From contig CBDCGX010000003.1 of NCBI GenBank assembly GCA_965216965.1, positions 24,033-88,032 on the forward strand: 64,000 nt of DNA, in the 5' to 3' direction. A program made the position numbers and the translations under genes. This document shows positions 31,901-40,208 of this stretch, in pieces (the first letter of the stretch is position 1; each line of letters begins with the position of its first letter). A model generated the notes under the pieces. It was not told the origin of the DNA. It ran no database searches and worked only from the letters and a program-made list of their open reading frames with translations. The DNA comes from Spirochaetia bacterium. Its GTDB lineage: Bacteria; Spirochaetota; Spirochaetia; WTKD01; G963693115.

Positions 31901-31927
31901 TTATCGGCATATAGCTATATTTCTTTA
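31901..31927 (-). promoter_or_regulatory. sigma-28 (FliA) promoter: TAAA (31927-31924) - N15 - GCCGATAA (31908-31901) on the minus strand
   Basis: The reverse complement of 31901-31927 is TAAAgaaatatagctatatGCCGATAA, an exact match to TAAA-N15-GCCGATAA. It ends 41 nt upstream of the ATG at 31859, in a 170-bp AT-rich intergenic region. Confidence 0.65.
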
Positions 31928-32028
31928 ATTGTAAAATAAAATATTTTTATTTAAATTATTGTAATTTTATATAATAATTACTTTCAGTTTTAAAGCATTT
32001 GTGATTGTACTATTATAATTATAAAGGT

Positions 32029-32664
32029 ATGTTTGATAAATATTTGCTTGTTATTACGAAATACCCGCTTTCTGTTTTTGCTCGGATATGCATAAAATAT
32101 AATATATCACCAAACATGGTAACGGTAGGTAGCCTTTTTTTTGCATTAAGCATGTTTGTAGGACTATGGAGAGGGTGGTTTGTCTTTGCACTTATTGTAG
32201 CAGTGTGTAATAGAATTATGGATGGGTTAGATGGATCTATAGCACGCATAAGTAATACAAAAAGTGTAAGTGGTGGTTTTTTAGACATTGTAATTGATTA
32301 TGTATTTTATGCAGCAGTTCCACTTGGTATGGCATTCTATTCTCCCAATCGATTTGCAATTATTGGTTCTGTAGTGCTTTTTACATATACTCTTTCGGGA
32401 GTAACATTTATGGCATCTTCTTCAGCAGCGGCAAAACTTTCTCTTAGGAGTACTGCTTTTTCTCAAAAATCAATTTATTACCCTATAAATCTTATAGAGG
32501 GGGGAGAAACAATTATTTTTAGTTTTCTTGTCTGCATAATTCCTCAGTATTTTTTTGTATTAGGACTCATAATGGCATTATCTATTATGTGCAGTCTTCC
32601 TTTTAGAATATGGCTTCATTATAAGACCTTTAGGGAAAATGAAGATCTAAATATGCATTCTTAG
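32029..32664 (+). CDS. CDP-alcohol phosphatidyltransferase family protein
   Basis: DGSIARISNTKSVSGGFLDIVIDYVFY fits DGxxARx8Gx3Dx3D. Multi-pass membrane protein. Confidence 0.8.
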   Translation: MFDKYLLVITKYPLSVFARICIKYNISPNMVTVGSLFFALSMFVGLWRGWFVFALIVAVCNRIMDGLDGSIARISNTKSVSGGFLDIVIDYVFYAAVPLGMAFYSPNRFAIIGSVVLFTYTLSGVTFMASSSAAAKLSLRSTAFSQKSIYYPINLIEGGETIIFSFLVCIIPQYFFVLGLIMALSIMCSLPFRIWLHYKTFRENEDLNMHS

Positions 32665-32688
32665 AAGAAGTATTATACTAATTAATAT

Positions 32689-33990
32689 ATGTATTCAATA
32701 GAACACCTTGCGTTAAGGATGCCAGACTTGCTTCTTCCCAATAAAGAGATAGATTTATACGCGTGGAGCGTAATTGCGTGTGATCAATTTACGAGTGATG
32801 TTTCATATTGGGATAAAGTTGCACATATCGTAAAGGATAAACCATCAACGTTTCGTCTTATGCTTCCAGAAATTTATATAGAATTACACAAGGAATTACT
32901 TCCTCAGTATTTTGAATCAATAAGGAGTCATACGCGTACATATCTCAAAAATTCAATATTTACTACTCACAAAGACTGCTTTTTACTTGTAAAACGAAAA
33001 ACATTGCAGAATCGAACTCGGTATGGGATTATGATGCAAATTGATTTGGCTCAGTATGATCCCAATCCTCATGCAAATACAATTATAAAATCTACTGAAG
33101 CGATAGTTTCGTCTCGTCTTCCAAAGCGTATAGAAATGCGTAAAAACACTATGCTTGATTTACCACATGTGCTCATGCTTTATAATGACCCTGAGAAGGT
33201 ACTCGTTCAAGCTTTACTCAAAATAGTGGAGAAGACTGCATATTCTACAGATCTTATGTTAGGAGGGGGGCATGTTACAGGTTTTTTTTGTAATAGAGAA
33301 GAAGGTAAAAAGAAAATAGAAGCTATTTTAGGTAGTATATTTAGGGAAACCATTAGTAATAATAAACATACTCTTTTTGCTGTGGGAGATGGTAATCACT
33401 CTTTGATGGCAGCAAAGCAGGTATGGCAAGATAGAGGCAGTAATATGAATGCTCCAGAACGATGGGCTCTTGTTGAACTTGTAAATGTTTTTGATGAGGG
33501 ATTGCCCGTAGAACCAATACATAGAGTGCTTTTTGATGCAGATTATAAAATGTTGTGTAGTACATTACAATCTCAAGGAGATATTGTTGAATACGAGAAA
33601 ATTTCAGATGCAAAACAACATAGTAAGAAAACGTCTGCAATTGTAGCATATAGAAATAATAGTAATTCCATGGTATATGCATTGTGGCATCCTCATAACA
33701 CACATGATATTACTGTTCTTAACTTTGAGAAAATATTAGAAAAAAATGAGAATTGTTATAAAAAAATAGATTTCACTCATGAGGAAGAATATTCTCTTTC
33801 TTTTTCTGAGAAGAAAGAATCAAAAAATATAACTATTATACTTCCCCACATACCAAAAGAATGTATCTTTGAATATGTGTATTCTCATACTGTTTTTCCT
33901 CGAAAATCATTCTCACTTGGAGAGGCAGAAGAAAAACGTTACTATATAGAAGCGTGCTTGCATTCTTCTGAAGAGAATGGGATTTTATAG
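32689..33990 (+). CDS. DUF1015-family protein
   Basis: Size (~430 aa), N-terminal LLLPNKEIDLYAWSVIACDQFTS and central FAVGDGNHSL resemble the DUF1015 family as I recall it. Confidence 0.55.
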   Translation: MYSIEHLALRMPDLLLPNKEIDLYAWSVIACDQFTSDVSYWDKVAHIVKDKPSTFRLMLPEIYIELHKELLPQYFESIRSHTRTYLKNSIFTTHKDCFLLVKRKTLQNRTRYGIMMQIDLAQYDPNPHANTIIKSTEAIVSSRLPKRIEMRKNTMLDLPHVLMLYNDPEKVLVQALLKIVEKTAYSTDLMLGGGHVTGFFCNREEGKKKIEAILGSIFRETISNNKHTLFAVGDGNHSLMAAKQVWQDRGSNMNAPERWALVELVNVFDEGLPVEPIHRVLFDADYKMLCSTLQSQGDIVEYEKISDAKQHSKKTSAIVAYRNNSNSMVYALWHPHNTHDITVLNFEKILEKNENCYKKIDFTHEEEYSLSFSEKKESKNITIILPHIPKECIFEYVYSHTVFPRKSFSLGEAEEKRYYIEACLHSSEENGIL

Positions 33991-34077
33991 TAATAGATAC
34001 GTTATAATTGTTAGTGTATTTATAGACTATTTCATTATGCAAAACAAAATGTGGTTCTATACGTTTATGGGGTGCCT

Positions 34078-34563
34078 TTAACCCGTTGCTGTGGAATTAG
34101 CAGGTTTTATTTGAGAAGACATATTGCTTTTTAAATCATATGCATAAGAATTTTTTTGCATATGTATTATATATATTGAATATATAATGAGCATGATTAT
34201 AAATGCAGAAAAAAACAATATTGGAATAGATACAAAAAAGGATTCTCTATCTTGTATAATAATTCCCGGAGTGTATGATGCTGCGGTGCTAAAGATGGGA
34301 GTATCAAGTCGAATGAGATATTCGTTTTCTGAAAGAAGACCTACTCTATGTGCGTTCATTGTAATATATGCTTTATTGGTATGAGCGAGGTAAGATTGTT
34401 CGGTCAGTGATTTCTTTATTGTTTTTAAACTTTCAACGTTCCTTTCTAATTTATTTGTTATGGATCGTTCCCCTATAAAAGAAATAATACCTCCTTTTGC
34501 AAAAATAAGCTGTAAAAAGAAGAACATACATAAAAAAGTAAAAATAATATTTCCTATGCGCAT
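34078..34563 (-). CDS. hypothetical membrane protein (possibly FtsB/DivIC-like septation protein)
   Basis: N-terminal TM helix followed by a short coiled-coil-like segment (NKLERNVESLKTIKKSLTEQ), a second TM near the C-terminus. Divergent from ftsZ. Confidence 0.4.
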   Translation of the reverse strand: MRIGNIIFTFLCMFFFLQLIFAKGGIISFIGERSITNKLERNVESLKTIKKSLTEQSYLAHTNKAYITMNAHRVGLLSENEYLIRLDTPIFSTAASYTPGIIIQDRESFFVSIPILFFSAFIIMLIIYSIYIIHMQKNSYAYDLKSNMSSQIKPANSTATG

Positions 34564-34763
34564 TTGTATTAAAATCGGCCCTTTTCTTGTAAATTTGATG
34601 TTTTTATGCTTATTTTCTAAATAAAGGCATGGTTATAGTAGGAATAAGGATATTAGTTATTAAAATAATTACGAAAAGACATAATTTACTCTTGTAAAAA
34701 AAATCATATTTTGATATATTAAAGAAAAATATAACATATTTAAATTGTACCGGGGGGGGACAA

Positions 34764-36083
34764 ATGAAGTTTAGTGCTATAGAAGATGCTCCTGAAGAAA
34801 TTTTTGACGATAGTCAATTTCGGAGTGCCAAAAAGAATATTATAGGCGGAGATGATATTTCTATCAATCCGACACGGATAGCTGTGTTTGGAGTTGGTGG
34901 CGGTGGAGTAAATGCGATTAATCACATGGCTCGAGCGAAGATTAACGGAGTAGATCTCTATGCTGCAAATACAGATGTCCAAACTCTTATTACATCGGTT
35001 GTAGAGAATGTTATTCCACTAGGGAAGAAAAAGTTTAAAGGACTTGGAGTGGGTGGAGATCCACTTAAGGGAGCAGAAGCTGCTAAAGAAATGATAAAAG
35101 ATGTTGAGAAGGTTATTGCAGAATATGAAATGGTGTTTTTTGCTTCGGGATTTGGAGGTGGTACAGGAACAGGAGCAACTCCAGTATTAGCAGAAATAGC
35201 AAAAGATTTGGGGATACTTACCGTAGGAGTTATAACAATGCCTTTTACACATGAGGGAGAACTTCGATCTCATAATGCTATTCAAGGTCTTGAAGACATA
35301 GAAAGCATTCTTGATTCTCTCATTGTGATTCCTAATGATAATATATTGCGAGGTGATGTTATTTCTCCAGACGCAAAAATTGAAGAAAGTTTTTCGTTTG
35401 TAAACAAAATACTATCAGACTCTGTTTCGGCAATAACAGACATAATAACAATTCCTGGAACCATTAATATTGATTTTGCGGATATAGATGTGTGTTTAAG
35501 AAGTGCAGGAAGGGTCTCTATAGGTGTTGGGCTTTCTGATGCAAAAGACAATAACGGTGGTAGTGCTCATAGAGCTACAGATATTGCGCTCAAAAATAAA
35601 GTAATAGATAAAGAAAATACCCAAACATTGCAAAATGCAAAACACATTATAGTGAATGCAGTTGCAGGGACAGCTGTATCGACGCAAGAATTAATGGCAA
35701 TACCACAAATTATAATGGATAGAGCAAAAGGCAATAAACCAGTATTAAAGTATGGGTATAGAATTAGGAAAGATTGGGATAATCAGGTAAAAGTTACTAT
35801 TATTGCTTCATCAGATGGGGTCGGACGAGGATTTAATTTTGATGCACATAGTATAACAAATAAAAAGAGGGAAGAAAAACCTCTGAACTCATTTGATCAA
35901 TATTATAATAAAAACGAAGAAGTGAATATTTCTTCGCACCACGTTGATACAAAATCTTTTGAAAAAATTTCTCAATCTGCTACAGCAAATGATGATGATT
36001 CGCTTATGCAAGTGCTTAGTCAAGAGGAATATCAGAGTCCTGCGTTAGAAAGATTAGTAGAAAGTGAAAGTCCCATTTTATAA
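34764..36083 (+). CDS. ftsZ: cell division protein FtsZ
   Basis: GVGGGGVNAINHM, tubulin signature FASGFGGGTGTGATPV, NVDFADI-type T7 loop (NIDFADI). Confidence 0.95.
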   Translation: MKFSAIEDAPEEIFDDSQFRSAKKNIIGGDDISINPTRIAVFGVGGGGVNAINHMARAKINGVDLYAANTDVQTLITSVVENVIPLGKKKFKGLGVGGDPLKGAEAAKEMIKDVEKVIAEYEMVFFASGFGGGTGTGATPVLAEIAKDLGILTVGVITMPFTHEGELRSHNAIQGLEDIESILDSLIVIPNDNILRGDVISPDAKIEESFSFVNKILSDSVSAITDIITIPGTINIDFADIDVCLRSAGRVSIGVGLSDAKDNNGGSAHRATDIALKNKVIDKENTQTLQNAKHIIVNAVAGTAVSTQELMAIPQIIMDRAKGNKPVLKYGYRIRKDWDNQVKVTIIASSDGVGRGFNFDAHSITNKKREEKPLNSFDQYYNKNEEVNISSHHVDTKSFEKISQSATANDDDSLMQVLSQEEYQSPALERLVESESPIL

Positions 36084-37052
36084 GTGGAATGCTGTTGTGT
36101 GTAATGTAGACTGTAAAGAACGTATTAAACAACAATTCCTAGATTATCTTGTTATAGAATGTCATGTTCAGAAAAACACTGTAGAAACATATATAGCAGA
36201 GATAGAACGGTTTTTAACATTTTGTAAAAAAAAAATATTATCCTTGCAGATTGCACAATACATAAAATACAACAATATATTTTATTTCGAAACGGTGATA
36301 ATGAAGTAAAAGTTGAACATATATCATCTTCTTCTTATTCAAAGCAAACCAATAAAGGAATATCTTCTAATACAATACGAAAGATAGCCTCGGCCCTTAA
36401 GACATTTTTTAAATTTTGCATACTTGAAGATATCTGCAAGATCAATCCCATGAATGTACTCACGTTGCCTAAGGTGGAAAAACATATCCCAAGAGTTCTT
36501 GAGTCAGATCACATTCTTTCTTTTTTAGAAAGAATAGATGTATCTACTTACTTAGGGATTCGTGATAGAGCATTGTTTGAGCTTATGTATGCATGCGGTA
36601 TGAGGGTGAGTGAGGTGGTACATATATTGATTCCACATCTTATGCTTGATGAGGCACTTATTAGAATAAGAGGGAAAGGGGATAAAGAAAGAATAGTGCC
36701 TATCGGGAAACAGGCGCTCTTATGGGTTAAAAAATATCTTAAAGAAGTACGACCGCATCTTAGTAAGAGAAGCTCATCACATACAGATTCGCTTTTCCTC
36801 AATTTTAGAGGGAAAACACTTTCTCGTAAAGGTATTTGGAAAAACTACAAAGAGTTACTTGGACCAATACAAGCAAGTTTACATACTCTTAGACATTCGT
36901 TTGCAACGCATCTTTTGCAAGGAGGAATGGATCTTAGAGTTGTACAGGAGCTACTGGGGCATGCAGACCTTAGTACAACGCAAATATACACACATGTACA
37001 GGACAAAGCACTCCAACATGCTCATAAGAAATATCACCCCAGAAATAAATAA
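36064..37052 (+). pseudogene. xerD: XerD-like tyrosine recombinase split by a frameshift in an A10 tract (36226-36235)
   Basis: The N-terminal ORF gives FLDYLVIECHVQKNTVETYIAEIERFLTF (core-binding domain). The frame open from 36228 reads KKNIILADCTIHKIQQYILF...IRKIASALKTFFKFCILEDICKINP and runs into the catalytic domain ([45 protein letters not shown]). A11 would make one ORF. Confidence 0.8.
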
Positions 37053-37172
37053 TAGGTAAGGGTTTTAATATTAACATATAGGGAATTGTTACAATTAGAA
37101 GTCATGTTATATTATTGTGATAGGTAATGCCTTACATACAGTCAAAATATAGTTGGCATATGTATTATATAT

Positions 37173-38135
37173 ATGAGATATTTTTTTGACGAACCTTTAC
37201 AGACACTTACTTTTTTATCTCGTGTTAGTTTTTTAAAGCCTTTAGAGAAATATACTCTTATACAGAAGGGGTACGTATGCTCTGATTTTATAAAGATGAG
37301 CACTGCAAATCTTTCTCAAATACTTGGGCGAAAGATTCGCAGTACTCAATGGATTATTCCCACCATATTAAGGAAAACATATTATGATGTTCAGTGGATA
37401 AAGAAAGATAATAAAAACAGATGGCTGTGTTCAATTTTTGAAAAAGAGTACCCAGTACTTTTAAAAAAGATAACAGATCCTCCCATATTACTTTATGGTA
37501 TGGGGAACAAAAGCGCATTGCATAACGCATGTATTGCGGTGGTTGGCACTAGAAAACCTGATTATAAAGGAAGAAATGCTTCATATGATATAGGCATGTA
37601 TATTGCAAAGAGAGGTTATAGTCTTGTTTCTGGGCTTGCATACGGAATAGATATTGCGACGCATAGGGGAATGATCTATTATGGGAGCAAAACCGTACTG
37701 AAATTATCTAAATATTCCGATAATAATAATGGTACAAAGAATGGTGATACAAATGCTATTAAACTTGGTTTTGGTGTAGTTGTGTTAGGTACAGGAATAG
37801 ATAATATATATCCCAAGTGTCATAAAAATGATGCAATGCGAATATTAAGTATGGGAGGAACGATCATAAGTGAAATACCCCCAGTATCTGCTGATCTTGT
37901 GAGAAAACATTCGTTTATTGGAAGAAATAGAATTATAAGCGGGTTGAGTAATGACGTAATAATAATACAATGCCCACATAAGTCAGGAGCATTGGCAACA
38001 GCCGACTTTGCACTTGAACAAGGAAGAACAGTATGGGTTCATAAAAGCGGTATACATAAAGGTTTTGAGGGAACTCAAAAATTATATGATGAAGGAGCAA
38101 TGGTTTTTAGAAAACCAGAGGAACTATTTTTATAA
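37173..38135 (+). CDS. dprA: DNA-processing protein DprA (Smf)
   Basis: [44 protein letters not shown] and [12 protein letters not shown] Rossmann-like core. Confidence 0.85.
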   Translation: MRYFFDEPLQTLTFLSRVSFLKPLEKYTLIQKGYVCSDFIKMSTANLSQILGRKIRSTQWIIPTILRKTYYDVQWIKKDNKNRWLCSIFEKEYPVLLKKITDPPILLYGMGNKSALHNACIAVVGTRKPDYKGRNASYDIGMYIAKRGYSLVSGLAYGIDIATHRGMIYYGSKTVLKLSKYSDNNNGTKNGDTNAIKLGFGVVVLGTGIDNIYPKCHKNDAMRILSMGGTIISEIPPVSADLVRKHSFIGRNRIISGLSNDVIIIQCPHKSGALATADFALEQGRTVWVHKSGIHKGFEGTQKLYDEGAMVFRKPEELFL

Positions 38136-38140
38136 AAACA

Positions 38141-39067
38141 ATGAAATATAAACAAAGTGCGATTACAGAAAAAATATTACCAAAGACATATCAAAAACAT
38201 CTTATAGATTTTATAAATAATCTTTCGACAGTGCGGAAATGTAGTATGCATAGCATACATGCATATAGAAGTGATATATACACTTTTTTGCAGTGGTTAT
38301 ATAGCCAGCAATTATTAGTAGAAAATGTGGAATATAAACATGTACGATCGTTTATACGTAGAGAATCATCAAATGGAAAGAGCAATGCAACCCTTAATAG
38401 AAAAATATCATCGTTGCGGAGTTTCTTTGATATGTTATGTCGTAGTGGATACATACAAGATAATAGTGCTTCTATGTTTGCTCTCTTTAAAAAAAAGAAA
38501 CATCTTCCCAATATTATAAGCGAGATTCAACTTAAAGATTTGCTTTCATTTAAAATACACACATTTTTAGATCTACGCGATAAGACTCTTTTTGAGTTTT
38601 TATATTCTACGGGATGTCGCATATCAGAGGCACTTAGTATTGATGCACATGAGGTAATAAATGCTACTTCGCTTATCATTTTTGGGAAAGGGAAAAAAGA
38701 GAGAAAGGTATTTCTTACTTCTGAATGTGTTTCCTTATTATCACATTATCTTCAACAAAGGGATCAAAAGATACAGCACTATAAAAAACCAGAGAATGCA
38801 TTGTTTATTAATAATAATGGGAGGCGATTAAGCAGGAATGGAGCTACGTGGCTTTTATTACAACGCCTTCGCAATTCACATATCTCCTCAATGTCTGTGC
38901 ACGATTTTAGACACTCGTTTGCTACTCATCTTTTAGATAATGGGCTTAATATAAGAGTGGTACAAGAGTTATTAGGACACAGCAATATTAGCACAACCCA
39001 AATATATACGCATATAAGTCGGTCAAATCTTATAGAACAATATAAGAAAGCGCATCCACGTGGTTAG
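38141..39067 (+). CDS. xerC: XerC/XerD-family tyrosine recombinase (intact)
   Basis: [64 protein letters not shown]. Confidence 0.8.
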   Translation: MKYKQSAITEKILPKTYQKHLIDFINNLSTVRKCSMHSIHAYRSDIYTFLQWLYSQQLLVENVEYKHVRSFIRRESSNGKSNATLNRKISSLRSFFDMLCRSGYIQDNSASMFALFKKKKHLPNIISEIQLKDLLSFKIHTFLDLRDKTLFEFLYSTGCRISEALSIDAHEVINATSLIIFGKGKKERKVFLTSECVSLLSHYLQQRDQKIQHYKKPENALFINNNGRRLSRNGATWLLLQRLRNSHISSMSVHDFRHSFATHLLDNGLNIRVVQELLGHSNISTTQIYTHISRSNLIEQYKKAHPRG

Positions 39068-39090
39068 CCTAAAAATGAAATAATTATTTA

Positions 39091-39119
39091 TTGACGATAA
39101 GAGAGAATTGCTGTATTGT
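39091..39119 (+). promoter_or_regulatory. candidate sigma-70 promoter TTGACG (39091-39096) - 17 nt - TATTGT (39114-39119)
   Basis: Good -35, canonical 17-nt spacer, acceptable -10. Lies 94 nt before the ATG at 39213. Confidence 0.4.
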
Positions 39120-39127
39120 GTATGTAG

Positions 39128-39150
39128 ATGGTAATACAAAATATTACCAT
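39128..39150. promoter_or_regulatory. perfect 9-5-9 inverted repeat ATGGTAATA-caaaa-TATTACCAT, candidate operator (or weak xerC terminator hairpin)
   Basis: Starts 9 nt after the putative -10, i.e. across the expected transcription start of the RHH-ABC operon. The nearest T-run (39160-39165) is 9 nt away from the stem, which is poor for an intrinsic terminator. Confidence 0.35.
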
Positions 39151-39212
39151 TGAATCTTATTTTTTCATCAATTACATAAGATGATAGTTTATATATTTTA
39201 TAGGAGTATAAC

Positions 39213-39449
39213 ATGAAAAATGTAATAGTAACTTTTAAAGTAGAAAAACGCATTGCAGCTCACCTTGCTACGATGACGAATAAATCACAATTTATTCGTG
39301 AGGCACTTTTAAAATCCATGAATCATATATGTCCATTGTGTAAAGGAGAAGGGATGATTCCCCATGATGAGCATATAAAAGAATTCTTAAATCATCACCA
39401 AATAGACAGTTGTTGTACTTGTTCTGGTCCAGTTGTTACGTGTGTATAA
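39213..39449 (+). CDS. ribbon-helix-helix (CopG/Arc/MetJ-like) protein with Cys/His-rich C-terminal zinc-finger-like tail (78 aa)
   Basis: AGGAG 8 nt upstream. N-terminal VIVTFKVEKRIAAHLATMTNKSQFIREALLKS fits strand-helix-helix. The tail has CPLCKGEG (CxxCxGxG), HDEH, HH and CCTCSGPVVTC. Confidence 0.65.
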   Translation: MKNVIVTFKVEKRIAAHLATMTNKSQFIREALLKSMNHICPLCKGEGMIPHDEHIKEFLNHHQIDSCCTCSGPVVTCV

Positions 39450-39467
39450 GTTTTAACAAGAGGTAAA

Positions 39468-40208
39468 ATGAGAAAACAAAAAATAGATACTCCTGTTCAT
39501 CTTTCATTTAATGATGTATCTTTTCAATATCCACACAGTAAGTATTATATTCTTTCGAAATTATCGTTTGAAATACAGCGTGGAGAATTTATTTGCGTAG
39601 TGGGGGCAAATGGTTCTGGTAAAAGCACGCTTGTGAAAATAATGGCTGGCATATTACAACCTACTCATGGTAACGTTTACTTAGAGAATGAACAAGTTGG
39701 ATATGTTCAACAAAATGCAAATATACGAGAGTCTCATTTATTTACAGTTCGAGATGTGGTGAGTATGGGATGTTTTCATAATAAGAAATTTTTTCTATTA
39801 CCACAAGATATAGATCTTATAAATGAAGTACTTAATGAATGTGGCATATATTCTATTGCAGATACCTCTGTAACTAATATTTCTGGGGGAGAAATGAGAA
39901 GGACTTTTATAGCGCGTGGACTTGTTTCGGGAGAAAACATGATTATACTTGACGAACCTACGGCTTCGCTTGATATTACAGCTCAAGACTTATTTATTAA
40001 GCATATGCAAAGAATACGAAAAAAAAGAACTATTATTGTAGCTACCCATTCTATAGAACTTATAGATATTCTTTCTGATAGAGTGTTTTGTTTAACTGAT
40101 ACTAGGCAAGATAGAGAACACGCTGCAATTATTGAATACTGTGAAAGGCATAGCGATATAAACATTGTGCACATGCATTGTTCTCAAGAAAGGAAGGGTA
40201 CTGTATGA
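39468..40208 (+). CDS. metal-type ABC transporter ATP-binding protein (ZnuC/TroB/MntB-like)
   Basis: Walker A GANGSGKST, signature ISGGEMRR, Walker B MIILDEPTASLD, H-loop ATHS. Confidence 0.85.
   Translation: MRKQKIDTPVHLSFNDVSFQYPHSKYYILSKLSFEIQRGEFICVVGANGSGKSTLVKIMAGILQPTHGNVYLENEQVGYVQQNANIRESHLFTVRDVVSMGCFHNKKFFLLPQDIDLINEVLNECGIYSIADTSVTNISGGEMRRTFIARGLVSGENMIILDEPTASLDITAQDLFIKHMQRIRKKRTIIVATHSIELIDILSDRVFCLTDTRQDREHAAIIEYCERHSDINIVHMHCSQERKGTV

Noticed and set aside
34572-34579. GCCGATTT (minus strand), a sigma-28-like -10 upstream of the 34563 gene
   Set aside because: No TAAA lies at the N15 (or N14/N16) position, and the element sits only 8 nt from the start codon.
36064-39067. 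Two tyrosine recombinases flanking dprA as a possible integrative mobile element
   Set aside because: Both have XerC/XerD-type motifs ([12 protein letters not shown], [15 protein letters not shown]). The neighbours are core genes. I saw no flanking direct repeats or tRNA target, and no cargo genes.
39093-39100. GACGATAA (7/8 match to the sigma-28 -10) upstream of the RHH gene
   Set aside because: No TAAA has the correct spacing. The same bases form a good sigma-70 -35 (TTGACG) with a 17-nt spacer to TATTGT, which I consider the better reading.
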